Assembly (NCBI GenBank): GCA_051362555.1
Contig: CM120647.1
Coordinates: 1,178,001-1,242,000, forward strand
Reading direction: 5' to 3'
DNA length: 64,000 nucleotides
DNA from: Lingula anatina
Lineage: Eukaryota > Animalia > Brachiopoda
The translations under genes and the position numbers were made by a program. Below the pieces are notes generated by a model that was not told the DNA's origin, made no database searches, and worked only from the letters and a program-made list of their open reading frames with translations. Numbering within the stretch: the stretch's first letter is position 1; the number at the start of each line of letters is the position of its first letter. This document shows, one piece after another, positions 37,215 through 51,079 of the stretch.

Positions 37215-37510
37215 CGGTCATGTCTGAAAAACAGAATGGAGGGTGTCCTTGCCGGGTTATTTTTATATTCAGGCACGCCTTATAAGGTAAGTTATGAGAA
37301 TTGTTTATGATTGAATATCGGGAATGCGGCCTCCTAGCAAGAGACTAATACGTTATATAAAAGGGGGCCAAGGTACGAAAACTAAAATTGGGGTAAAAAA
37401 AAACTGAAAACGCTGTTTGAAATGGAGGATGGAGGGTGTCCCTGCCGCGTTATTTTTATATTTAAACAGGCCATATAAGGTAAGTTATGCAAATTGGTTA
37501 TGAAAAATAA
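37215..37510. repeat. Diverged tandem duplication, ~193-bp period
   Basis: ATGGAGGGTGTCC.TGCC...TTATTTTTATATT...TATAAGGTAAGTTATG occurs twice. Confidence 0.75.
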
Positions 37511-38642
37511 TAAGAAAGCTGCCTGCCAAAACTAAAATGAAGAAAAACAACTTGAAAACGCACTTGGATACGGCGTCTGAATATGATGAATAAAGTAAAA
37601 TAAATAAATACAAACAAAAATCGTTTGACGGTAAGTGTCAAGGGCAACTCCATGTCGTCTGCATTGCTTTCAAAATTACCAGACAATAAGTAACTCACTG
37701 TTTGATCCACGCGGTTATCTCATTGATTAGGCCTATAAATTGATCTCGGGTCAAACAGCAATTCTTAGGTGTGATTCTTTCAAATAAATCGCGACCACAC
37801 CGAAACAAAACAATCAAATTGATATCAAGTTATAAGTCAAGATGTTGCTACTAGGACATCACGCAATGGTTCACACCAGAGAGGCTCTGCAGAGAACGCA
37901 GGTTACAGAAAGATCGAATCACGTCCCAAGAAAGTTCCCTAAATCTGCTCCCTTTGCTACAGAACAATATCTTTGAACATGGATGTCACTATGTAGCATC
38001 TGATGCAAGCTTTACTTTACCCATCTAAACAACACATAATAAATTATACAAAATATCCTAGAAAATGGCCCAGAAAAAAATAACATTTTGAAGCATTTAT
38101 TCTGGGTGTTAACAGGTATTTAAGTCGTCTAACAATTACGGCATTCTCCTCTCTCTATCTGCATCATATCCTAACCGTGTCACAGCCCTACCAAAACCTC
38201 AATGAAGCTAAATAATTAATGCGCCATCGTGTGGTAATATGAAGATTCTACTGGGTAATCAGTAAATTGGTTCTACTTTATGACACTTGACTTAGAGACA
38301 GTGGTAGAAATGATTGATGATGGTGTCAATAAATGTAACTGAACATTTGGAGAGAGTATTTGTGTCTATCATAAAAGCATGTGCTTTCTCCGCCATATTT
38401 GTCACACCGTTTCTATCGGAGTTTTATATCGCCATGATAAGTTTTTATATCAGTCATTATATATGGGAACAACAACGGCAAGCGGATGCGGTAAAAACTT
38501 GGTTGCGAGGTCTGAGCGGTATAGACAAACCAACACTTAAATACTACTAAATGGGAGGTGGAAATATAATCTTGCTACTCTCTTGTCACGTTGTTCTTTT
38601 CTTATGTCATTCACCGTGCTAACCGCCAGTATCTGAGACTAA

Positions 38643-38890
38643 GGGACCATTCCCACAGATATTTGGATCGATCTATCTCCCTCGGGAGTCTCACTAAATT
38701 GCAATCAACGTAACCGGCTTAAACGTCTGTCACGCCTAGTAAAGCTGTTAGGGGGTAATCATCTTTACCCCCTGGCTGATTTGGTAGGCGTGACAGACAT
38801 TTAAGCCGGATGAGTTGATAGCAATTTAGTGAGACTTCCCAGGGAGTTAGACCGATCCAGATGGATCGATTTAAGGATGGGAACCCAGTC
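38643..38890. mobile_element. Harbinger-type MITE, family C
   Basis: TAA|GGGACCATTCCC...GGGAACCCAGTC|TAG; foldback with GATCGATCTA, GAGTCTCACT and GGGGGTAA blocks. Confidence 0.78.
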
Positions 38891-38941
38891 TAGGACAAGA
38901 TGACATGGCGGTGGGTTATGCTGCCTAACGTCGAACTCTTA

Positions 38942-39173
38942 GGGCCCGTTCCAAATGAAACAATCGTTCTACGTAGATCGATCCAACTCTGCAGGGACTC
39001 TCGCTGACTGCAATCAGATTATACACCTCCTCCTGGCATTGAGTAGAACACAGAAAAGCTTGGGATTACACGAGTACTTTGGAAAAAAAGTGGGGATGTG
39101 TAGTTCATTTAAGCTGCATGCATTCAGCGAGGGTTGATCTACGTAGACCCAAAGTGTCAATGGGAATGGGATC
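38942..39173. mobile_element. Harbinger-type MITE, divergent C-related subfamily
   Basis: GGGCCCGTTCC...CTACGTAGATCGATCC...GATCTACGTAG...GGGAATGGGATC. Confidence 0.65.
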
Positions 39174-40137
39174 TAGGACAAGATGGCATTGCAGCGGGTC
39201 TGTGTTGCCTAACTTCTAACTCTTAAAGCTCCTACCAATCTGCTGCTTCCCGGTCATATCCAAGTGACCTCTTCCTCACAGTTTCAATGCCCTCACGCCC
39301 TAAGTTAATCATAAGATACGGTCAACTTACTTTACTTTACTTAACATACGGACTTCTGTCCGTTGAAATATGGATGGCACCGTATTCATACTGGTCTTCT
39401 TTCTGCTGGGTTTGAATCATGGGTTCTATACTACTCTGTCATTTTCGCACCTCCAAAATTTTATTTAATTTTAATATGCTAAAAAAGACTCTACCGATAG
39501 ATTTTGGATGCAATAAAAAATTTTATTTTGAGCCCAAAACCCATAACATTTTCAATAGACTGTACGACATCAAACGTATAAAAGTTTATAGATAAAATGA
39601 TAAATGACTCTCCCAGCGCCACGTAAACTTGCCCAGCAGTGAATATTTTGAGGGACTGCAAAGACTCATAAAATTAGAATAAATCGAAGATCCCACGGAT
39701 TCGGGGGGGAGGGGGGGGTCTGCTTTCTGGGTGGTTCAGAAAGACACTGATCATGGCAGATATATTAATTTTGTCTTAAATATCAAGCGTCCTTTCTTAT
39801 CGTATTGAAATCGCTAGACAGGAAATGCACGTTGCATACTTTATGATAAAAAATAATCACAATTCATGAAAAAAATACTATAAAGAGACATGATAGACTA
39901 TGATTTCATTGAAGTTTTATATTGATCCGGGTTAAATAAGAAAGTAAACATAAAATGTTTGTCTTCTTTCAATTGATGTGGTAATAATTTTAATGATATG
40001 GGTCTATTCAACCTAAAACCATTAAAGCGATATTTCACTATCATGAAACCTTTCATCTCTTAGACAAGAGCGCCCTAAGCAGCCCGCACCAACATTCCTC
40101 TTTTTCTCAGCTCACCGACTTTTGTACTATAACCTAC

Positions 40138-40424
40138 CTGAGATAGACTTTTAACAACTGCGACAAACTTAACGTCGACTTATCGTTGCGTTGACAATGA
40201 GTTTCCAAAACCGACGAAATTCGACTTTGATGCCGGCAGGGTCTACCGGGCAGGTGCCCAGTGGGGGTCGTCGCTGCTTGCCGGGTGCATCTCCCCGGCT
40301 GGCGCTTTGGTCGACGTTTTCTGTAACGTTTCCCCCGCTTGCTCGATGTCGAAGACACGCTTTGCTGGTCCGAGGTATGTTGCTCGTTGGAAGGATCGGA
40401 AAACGTCGGGCTATCGTTGTTCAT
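40138..40424 (-). CDS. Candidate upstream ZnT exon (coding N-terminal extension or 5'UTR)
   Basis: ORF MNNDSPTFS...KVYLR ends at donor CTCAG|GTAGGT (phase 2), compatible with the acceptors at 33243 and 22610. No recognisable homology. Confidence 0.45.
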
Positions 40425-42647
40425 TTGGTCCTACTGAAAATGTCGACTGCTACAGTTTTCGCTTTTCATCTGCTGGACGCACAACATAATCGTCTGGTTA
40501 TTGCTCGGAAACGTTACAGTTTATGTAAAACGTGAGTTAAACTGATGGACATTTCCAGTGTTAAATTATGGATCAGAGACAATTTGTGTGATGTCCTTCC
40601 AGTGCCTGTAAAACTGTGGACAAATACAAGACTTGGCAGCCGAGTTTCTATCTATCTTAATACACGTTATCACAGAGCACAGCTCCAGTTTATATTAACC
40701 TACTAAGATTCTAAACGTTTTCAGTTTTTAAAAATGTATAAGGTAACTGCAGCGCCCGCTGTGACATATTGGCGCATTTCGTATGCACATATTGGATCAA
40801 GCAAGACAAACCGACGCTGAAATATGCAGCTAGTGTTCGTATTAAAATATTAAAACATTTTAAAATAAAAGAAATGGCATGGATAACAAGATTTGAATGA
40901 GCCTTTTAGTAAAAATCATAAGATCTCTCCGTGATAATTGTCCATGTACCTCAAACCAGCAGAACAAGAAATAAAGAGCATTTAGAAAGAAGGAGCATTT
41001 GAAATACCCATGCGTCGCTTTGTTACGACGCATATTACACAGACGGATTTAGTACTTTGCGTGTGTGTGTGTGGGGGGGGGGGGGGGGGCACAATGATGA
41101 CATATCTTCTCGCTCTACACTCGAGAAATATAAAATAGAAGACGACACCAATTTCATCATAATTTGCGCTGTAGAGGGAAGGAGCAATTGCTTGGCTTGT
41201 CTCCTTTTGCCTGATATCACATTTTTGTTGAGAGAGGAGGGTCGTGCAAAGGCAAGGGGAACATGTAAACAAAGTTTTGCCCCCTTCGGATTGCGGATTC
41301 GTCAGTTTTACCTCCTCCGGATTCCGGATTCGTCAGTTTTTCCACCTCCGGATGTGTCATGTCAGTTAACACTCCACAGGGTGTCCCGAGATTCCTTTCA
41401 TTTCCAAAAACCAAACGTCTGGGTCAGCATTTTTTTTTAAAAAAGGAAGATACCTCCAAACTAAAGCCCAGATTTTACAAAGGCCAAAGTCCCCAAACAC
41501 TTCGAAACAGTTCTCTGCAATAAAACGGACAGACCATCCCCTTTTAACTACATCTCACCTGCGAATGAACTGTATATAAATATAATATAGTCAAGGTCTT
41601 GCTATTCTCTGTGTGAGGTAATGCATCCATCATGTTTCGACTATTCCGTCACCTTTTGTCGCAACTGAAGGTTAAGCCTCGGCAAAATCAGCCACGCCAT
41701 TCCGTATCGTCTTCCCTTCACATATGTGAGGCTCTTTTATTACTCGATGTTTACTGCTGCTAAAAATAAGCTAAAGAATTTCTAAATAATAAAGACGGTA
41801 TTAACAGTGGATGCATGACTCATCTTAAACAAGAACCCAGCAAAAAGCGGGATGCTTGTATCGTCTTAATCGTTTTATTAAAAAAAGTCGCATTAACGTG
41901 GGAATCATGGTCAACAAAATCCTTTTTTGTCATAAATCTAATGTAAAGAAAACCCCCATTAGATTATGATCACTGAATACACCTACAACCTCTGATGGGG
42001 AGTGTAAGGTATAATCATCTGCCTACACTGTGTCATGACACTCGCTATCATCATACAGTGTGGCCACAAAATTCTCATCTCATCCGCTTAATCTATTGAT
42101 TTATTGCATTAAACTATTTCGTTTTCATATTTGCATATCTCTTTTAAAGGGTGGCACTCTCTTTACTCAGCAGAAAAAGAGGTCAGATATTAGTGAGAGC
42201 TGCTATAGTAAAAGCTTTCACCGTTATTGTAGGACAGCCATTAATGTAATGTTACCACTAGACCCACTGAGGCTGAACATGTTATAATAAAGATGAATAA
42301 TCTAATAATTCACAAACCAGCTTTTCTTTATGTATTATGTTTTCTGCTGGGGACTGACAACTAAATTTTTCCCAAACACGACCTCTAACTCACAACACCA
42401 TGCACTATTGACAGAAAACGTTACAATATATAAAGTGACGACCGTGAAATAACTCCCGATACACGAACCACACAAAACGCATGTCAGATCTATGACACAA
42501 AGGCACAGCAATACCTCAAACTATAAAAAGACATTTAAATCCTTATTGTATACAACTTATCAAGGCAAGTATAAAGTTTCGGCGCTTGAAAGTTTGCCAT
42601 TAGCCAGGTAAGATCTAGCCGTAATTCCAAGTGCAGCGGCTATATGT

Positions 42648-43020
42648 GGGACCATTCAGAATGAAAAGAGCTGAGTGCTAGCTAGGCCACGGCCTAGATA
42701 TGGCGGACCTACATGAAAGGCCCCATTCAGATCGAAAAGAGCCGAGTGCTAGATAGGCCACGACCTAAATATGGCGGACCTACATGAAAGGAAGGCCGCT
42801 TAATCCTGTAATGGTCTCTCCACCTCTCACACGCCTCCCCACGCGTCGTCCCTGCAGGGACACAGTAATTAAATCTCGGCTCAATTCAGCCGGTCGAGGG
42901 ACAACGCGTGCGGAGGCGTGTGAGAGGCGGAGAGATTGAGCGGTCTTTCTTTCATGTAGGTCCGCCATATTTAGGTCGTGGCCTAGCTAGCACTCGGCTC
43001 TTCTCATTCTGAATGGCCCC
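42648..43020. mobile_element. Harbinger-type MITE, family A variant with a duplicated left arm
   Basis: TGT|GGGACCATTCAGAATG...CATTCTGAATGGCCCC|TGT; first ~70 bp tandemly repeated; core shared with 8920-9221. Confidence 0.82.
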
Positions 43021-46000
43021 TGTGTTTGTGTTATCTTTGGGGAGGCCGTCAAAGAAGTGACCAATCAGGTATGTGACAAGACAGCGAGATAAAATCTTGT
43101 TTTTTTTTATGGACCATCCATCAAATTATAAAGAGCCGATTCTCCTGATTAGTGGACTAAATTGGGTCTAATTTTTAAAGCCTTATCTACATTTAGATGA
43201 GTTTCCACGGTGGAAATGGGAGATCAACTAGACATGGGTCACGCAAAGAGCTACACTAAGCAGACATACTTAACCTGGTAAAAACAAGGAGGTATTAATA
43301 TCAGATATAATCCCTTGGTAAAAAAAGCCATCGTATCATATTTGTGGTCACGCAGCAGCATTTCAAAAATATGGTCCTTTTATGGCATGAGGCAAGATAT
43401 CAATTTTATCTTTAAATCTTTATTTTTTTTTTTTTTTATTTGTTTGTTTTAATTTTGTTTGATGTTGCATTAAATCTTAATTCCGGTGATGCATGTTCTT
43501 TCGACTGAGTATACGTCCATCATATATTGTTAATCTATTAAGATGATTTTGAAAATCTGATAAAGGACCATTGAAAAATATTTTGGTCCAGTGCTGCTGT
43601 AACCAAGACTCTTAATACGCTCAAACATTATAACTCCAAAGTTGTAACTGTTGATTCCCCATTAGCTTCTGTCAATCATGTCTACTTCCTTTGGGGTAGC
43701 GCCAGCATTTTTGTTGTTTTTTTTACTTAGCCAAATTGCTACTTTTTCTTTTTTTCTCCAAATGGCTTAAATTTGTTTAAAACAAGTCAAACCAACCCTA
43801 TTCTGTATACCCAATCGAAGTCAGTTTTAGCATTTGGTTAAATTGGCGAGTGTGAGCGCTAACCCAGCCCCTACTTTTTGATTTTATGTCGAAAACAGTG
43901 TGACGTCAGGCTGGAGGGAGCCTATTGTGACGTCATGCTTGTGAGAGTATTGTGACGTCAGGCTGGAGAGCATTTAGTGTGGCATCAGATCGGACTATTC
44001 TTTTACCTTTGGTTTCCTTGTTCACGAAGAAGTTTTTTGATACTCAAACGCATCCTAGTCTTCACTTCGACTTACTAACTAACCTTAGCCTTACTATTGT
44101 TAAAATAATGCTACTAGAAGAACAGTACACATTGACTTAGCCACCTGAGTGATGACGTCAATTATATGAAAAACATTGAATCAACCAGAGAAACACCTGT
44201 AGATATCAAATTAAAACACGATTTTTAGCCCTGGATTCCCTTGATATCTGGCCATACATTGCATGCTAGGTATGTTTGGAATCCAAGGATGCAAGATATT
44301 AGATCAATATTTGAGCCTGCACGCGACTATTACGTTAACAATAGGAAAACCATGTAACTTTGACTTTAATTGTTTAACAATTCATGAAATATTTCAGATC
44401 ACTGTCAAAGCAACTGGGTCTGTCAGCTGCTTATGTCACGGCATAGTTTGGCGCTCGGTTTTTCATGGCAAACGAATCTTTAACTTTAGGCCCATTCCCG
44501 ATGTCACTATCGTCCTACTTAGATCAATTCCAAATCCATGGGGACCATCTCAAGGGTTTAATAAATTGAACTGAATTGAATTTAGCGCTTAATTCAATCA
44601 GATTAACAGATTAACACGTTTTATTGAAGAAAACAAGGCAGTTCTTAAAACCAAATGGTTGACGAAGAGACCCCATGAGGCAAAAAAGGGGCTGAATGCC
44701 ACGTGTGGCAGTCGGGACGTGTGGCTCTGGTGACGTCATCAAGTCTATGACCTGTCGGGTTTAGTTCTGTTGTCAACTGGCCTTATATTTGCCAATAAAC
44801 CCGATGGATGGCTAGCCCCTGTGCTGTAGTGTGACAGAGCTACAGTTTATGACCAGTGCAGGGGGGGAGGTTTTCATTATCACTGCCTGGCCTCGACACC
44901 ATGAAGATCGTGTAAGATAATAGGTTAGATCTATCTTAATTCACAAGACTGTGACAAATAGCTTCTCCATCACATTTGTTTTTGTAAAAACAGACCCAGA
45001 CAATCTTCTGAGTGAAATGATTGCCTTTTTTTTCGATGAAAGGGGAAGCGGGGCTTACACTGACAATTACATTACATGGATATATTATCATCTTACCTAG
45101 GGTAACGCCAACGTTTTTTTTTTTTCATATTGCAACTCCTCCCACAGTTTTCTCTTACAAAGGACCTTTACATATACTAATTATTACTTACAAATCTCAT
45201 TCATCTTATCAAGAAATAAGACGGTGAAAGTGCCGTGCCGCAATACAAAGCTTAAGCTGCTGTCACAAAAACAAGGCTGCTTTAAAGCGTCTCGGTTACC
45301 ACGTATATAAGGACACGCGACAGTTAAGTATGCCTGGACGTGTTGGGGACTTTTGAGAAGTCCTTTTTCAAAAATAATCACTGACATCTTACACATATTT
45401 ACTATAAGCACACTTAGGTCGCGTCGCACAATAAAAATAAAGTGAAATGTTGGCCTCAAACTGTAAACCTTTGCTACGCATGGTAGCGTAAAATGGGTAC
45501 CGTTAGTTTTAAATTGTTAAGTAGGCTTAAGTCTGCTTACTTTGACTATATTGCTGTAGGCTACCACACTCTTCAATATGGCGGCGTCACCAAGGGCCGA
45601 TGTTATCAGATGCAGTACCAGGCAATGTTTTCACCTGCTGTTCACTTTAACACCTGTGTTCTACACCACCTGGGAACGCGACTCAGAGAAAGCCTCAACA
45701 CGACGCCCCACTCAGGTGGCCGTCTGCTTGGGGTGAAAACCGTCTTCTCCCTGTGAAGTTAAAAATGAACGCTACCTGACAACTGATTTTTGGCTTAATG
45801 GTGACGTCTTCAGAAAACGCTCCGACCAGATCAAAGATAGGAGAGAGAGGGTGACATTTCCACGTGAGTGAGAGATCTCAGATAATCAGTGAACATCGTC
45901 CTTTATGGAACAGCAGTTTTCCAGGGCATAAAAATGATAGCAAGATGACATAATGACCTGTAATCGGTCTCTCATTTACACGATGCATTCCACAATTGAC

Positions 46001-48720
46001 TTAAATGAGGACAAAGCGTTTAAAAATGAAGAGCGGTGATAATCACGATTCTAATACAGTGCAGTGATAAAACACAGACATCTACCCCAGTAATTTAATA
46101 TATATCTATATATATATCTATATGACTTAAAATGATGAAAGACCGATATAACAGTGTCCCAATTAAGAAGACAACCAAAATCATGACCACGGATAAAAGA
46201 TGAATGGAATGTAAATTAGCGGCGTTTATCTTCAGATATATCTCTGCGCCTACGTCGCAACAAATTTATGCCTCATAGTCTAACTTTGGATTAATAATGA
46301 AATAAGTTGCATATTGATCTCTTCAGTTATATTGTATGTTGGGTTATTGTTTAATTTTAAGAGTAAGTGCTACGAGCTCAAAAACATGTAAAACAAGGTA
46401 CAAAAGCAAAGTCTACTAAATGTGCAGCTGCCTTTTATTTATGTTAGAAATATATTAACTTATACATCAATAATACAGCGTTTTTTTTCATAACAAATGT
46501 AAGAAAGCGTGCACAAATTTTCGAAAATGGAACTTGGTGCGAAGAGCTTAATACAATAGCTTAAGTCAATAGATTATCATTAACATGGGGAAGTATCCAC
46601 TTCTTTGAAGCAGAAATATCAGAATAGTTACATATTTGTTAAATATTGTCAAAAACTGCTACTACTACGTTATTAAGGAACACTTAACGAAAAGCTGGTC
46701 TGGATATGGTGTCTACAGAATTAGCAAATAATTGTAGACAAAAACTGATTGCTCATATGTCCTCCCTCAGTAAAGGATTGTTGTATCCACATTCAAATGA
46801 TGTGAACTTGATAACCCAACGGAGGATAATACAAACGTCTTTTTTTTTTATTCAACTCCGGTGAACCAGATTACCTCACATCTCGTGAACAATATAAGGG
46901 TCAATGCTTTTTTCCTAAGAGACTAAGCGTGTTATATGTAATAGAAATTTAAAAAACCACATCACAGTTAGTTCTTGCTGTTAAGTATGAACGAGTAGTC
47001 TTTTAGAAAAACAAATTACTTTCTTTGTCATCGTTACTACAAGGAAAATGCAAAACCTAATTCACGATTTATAGAATGTTGTAACAGGACAATGGGTTTA
47101 GAATGAACGTCACTAGGACGACACAAAGGCAGCATCAACGAAATTATCCCTTGTTTTGTTTTCATTTTTCTCTTCAATTTCGAAAAATTAACATCTGCTA
47201 GTTAATCTTAGCTAACATATTGTGGTTCATACAATACCTGTTTATAAGAACGCGTTTTCTTTTTCTTTCTTTTTTTTTTTTTTAAGAATTGACTTTTGAA
47301 ACTCCTCTAACACGGTCAAAACTCAGTGAAACTTTGTTTTTTGGCACTTTGATCGGACTGTTATACGGACTTATCTCGTTTCAAAGTAAGTGCGTGCTTT
47401 GAATTCACGCTTAAACCAACTAATGAATTCGCATCCTTTTGCTTGGGGGGGGGGGGGGGGGGGGGGTGGGTGGTCGGGGTGAAGAATTGTTGCGTGCGGC
47501 GGCTTAACTCTCTCTCTCAAATAAACATATTTCCTTTACATCAAAGTTACATATAACTGGCTCACCAAGGTGGATAAGCTATGAAGAGGTGCCCTGTGTC
47601 AGGTTCTACAAGACTTCAAAAGCTTTTTAAAAAGAGTTTAAAAGATCGGAAAACCCAATCAAAACAGGGTCCCAGGGTGACACAGGTGCGTATCTATTTA
47701 AGATTAAAAAGTAACCTCCTCAATATTCACATTACGTGACACCCATTACCACAATGAGATATTATATGGTAATTATAAGCGTGCCGGGTGCAAAGTGTGA
47801 ACGAGCTCGTTGTCTGGTAAAGCAGCACTTGGCGATGGGTAGGGGACATGGCAGGGGAGAGACGTGTGCAAACTTAACTTAACGCTAACCAGTCTGCCCC
47901 GCGGTGACATCGAGAAACACTTTACCTAGCAATTCAAGCGGAAGAATGTGATTGTTTTTGTAATGTAAGTTTGTATAACCTCACGAATACAGCGGCTGTC
48001 AAAAAGACGTAATGCGACTCGGCGTGAACTCCTTTAACGGGTTTGTCATCTCTTGCTTCCAACAGTTTATCTTACATTAAAAAAGAATGTAAGGAACTCT
48101 CTGGCAGCAATTTGCCGACATGGATTCTCTCACTGTGACTGTATGACTATAATAACAATTATATACAGCAAGGTCACACAGATCATTCCGAAGTTATTGG
48201 GTCGTGCCATTCCCGTTAACATTTGTTTTCTTTGTTATACAATGAAATTGTGTTCTAGTGCAACTGGTTCATGCTAAGCCAACGTCTCGTACTTCTCCAT
48301 TTTCTCTGTCAACTTAATTTTACTTTATTGTGTTGTCATTTCATGATAAATTCTATGAACTGAAAGCTTCTTCTTTGCTCTCATTTTCGCGACTTTTTCT
48401 GTATAAACCCCGAGTTTTCTCACCTAACCAGGAATAGCTTCATTTTCAAATTTCCCTAATAAAAAAGCTAGACCTTGTTGGCTTTGGGACTTTTTTGCAT
48501 GAGCTTGTGACCTATATGAGAGATCTGCTGACGACGGGAAAATGTGAGCTTGCACTCTCTTTGTTGTAGAAATGTAAACCTAATTGAAATAGCTAACCTT
48601 GTCCAAGAACTGTGTCACGAAGTGGCATATCAGATACAGTGTATATGGGCAATTGAGAAATCTACGTCTACGAGTCATTTATAGGCTGTATATAGTCAAA
48701 TGATACAAAACAACGCACAG

Positions 48721-48772
<52 letters not shown>

Positions 48773-50644
48773 ATAAAAGAGCTTGCACAATACATACATT
48801 CCTTTAGCGGCTTCCTTGCAATTTCAATCCCCTCTTATTGTGAAAGATTCATTCATCAACGTTTCACCTTCATAGCTTTGCATAGAGCTACCCACCCAGC
48901 TCTCTCGTAAAATCAAACAGCCCATTGTGACGCACCGTCTCATTGTTTAATTGATTGAAATCTTACCTTGATTATATATACAGGTATATATACACTCGAC
49001 TTCAGTAGCTTAAATCCTATCTTGACTCAAGGCCCGCAGTTTGGCGCTTTGGTGTGCGGGTTTATGAGCCCCTTTCCACTCCCAAGGTGCAAACTTGATG
49101 TGGACAATCCACGCAGCACGAGAGAGACGTGTTTTCATCTAACTCCTTCCTCTGTGATGTTGATAATATCTCTGGCGGCTGTGGCAGGTACCCGATGAAC
49201 GCGCTGATAGCACGCGCTTCTGGTGGTCAAATAATGAAATAAGTATAGACCTCGAGAGTATCATATGTCTGTCCCACAGGTAATAATGGTCAGGTCTATA
49301 TTTTAGACTGGCATTAAACGTTGTTTATTACAGGAACTCCATTTTGACCTATTGGTACTTGGGCCTGTTGTTGCGTGTAACGCGCTGCTGACCGATGCTG
49401 TGTCCACTCTCGTGTTTAGCTATCTCCCGTGAGGTGACCACTTCTTAAATGGCGACACCACCCACTGTTACGTGCAGATGGTTTATATCCCTTTTAACTT
49501 CGGTTTTATTCCGACGGTGGGCGTTTATATTACAATGTTGGCGTAGTCACAGTGTTTCATCAACCTGGGCCATCTCTATTGATGTGCTGGAGGTCATTGA
49601 CCACTCCCTGTGGTCACGATGCGTGATTTTACCGACCTTTACTTATATACCGCCTTGCTTTCCTTTATATTGTAATATCAGTGAGTATTACATCAAGAAA
49701 TAGTTTAGCTTCTTATTGGACTGTCCATTGGCTGTTGCAGTGAACGGCTTGCCTTTGTTGGAAATCGGCGTGGAATGCACGTCTTACATTTCACCTGTTG
49801 GCGGAGGAAAAACCGTCAACAACTCGATCTCTATGTCGTGTAGGGTGTCTAAAATGAAATATAGGTTTAATGTAAAAACATATCTATTGATTTAATCGAG
49901 ATAAACGCTTTCGGAACAGCATTTTTCTAGCACGCCATATACTGGCTGTGTAGATTAAATAATAACAAGTAACACAGTTTCTAATTCTGATAATAGCAGT
50001 GAGAGCGTGTAATTCCCCACTGGATAGCCGATGTAAATTGAATCTGTAAGAGCGCTGGTAATAATAGACTCCTCAATAATCACCGAGTAATAACCCCCCC
50101 CCCCCCCACACTCTCAGTCTATTCAATTTATTAAACTATGCAGAACTGTTCACTCAAAGCCTGACTTAGAACGAGTGTGAATCGAATCACGTCACTAGAT
50201 GGCCACATGTTAATTAGGCAGTAATTTATAGCTGCATGGGGCACCACAGGGTCTATTCACGGGGGTAAGGACAGAGAAGAGGGGGGGGGGGTAGAGTTCC
50301 CCTGGGAAACACGATATACCCCTGTTGTCTGATATCACAGGGGCCTCTAGAAAAAGTTTACAAAACCAAAACTGAAGAATCCGATCGAATAATTTTGTAA
50401 CAGACTACTAGCTAGTGGATCCATGTCGTAGCTGTGTTGCTGTTGTGGTTATATGTGCCTTGTAAAGATACACGGTATATAAAGTATATAGCACAATCGC
50501 ACTGTGTCCAAGCGGGGCTCACACCAACACTGGGTCAGGTTTACAGTCGCAGTCTCTCAATTAACTTGTGACAGTTTAATTCAGATCTCACTATTATTAC
50601 ATCTAACCATGTAAACCGTGGAAAGCCAACCAATGCAAGGCTAT

Positions 50645-50840
50645 GGGCGCATTCCCATAGATTTTAGATCGATCTATCCCCGTGGGGAGTCTCACTAGAT
50701 TACTGTCAGAAAATCCGGCTTAAATGTCCGTCACGCCTACTACAAGCTGTAAGGGGGTAATTAACTTTTGTGCCCGCTCGTGAACCCCCAGGGAATTAGG
50801 TCGATCTAGTTGGATCGATCTAATCTTTGGGAATGGGGTC
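50645..50840. mobile_element. Harbinger-type MITE, family C
   Basis: TAT|GGGCGCATTCCC...GGGAATGGGGTC|TAT; reverse orientation relative to 27087 and 52759. Confidence 0.82.
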
Positions 50841-50932
50841 TATATGACCATGATCATGAACGCGTTGGGTGGTGCTAAACGAGGATTAGATGGGCTTTTT
50901 TTGTGGTTAGAAACAGCACTCAAAGCGGCCTG

Positions 50933-51079
50933 GGCCCCGTAACTCGAAAGCATCGTGGATTGCGACCTAGCACAAGCGTCCCGATTCCATAACTCGCCCA
51001 TACGCGCCTCATGTAATACATTGTAGCTTCTATGTGATGTCGCTATTCGCAATACGCGATGCTTTCGAGTTACGGGGCT
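50933..51079. mobile_element. MITE family E, probable Harbinger type with a CTG TSD
   Basis: CTG|GGCCCCGTAACTCGAAAGCATCG...CGATGCTTTCGAGTTACGGGGCT|CTG. Confidence 0.78.
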
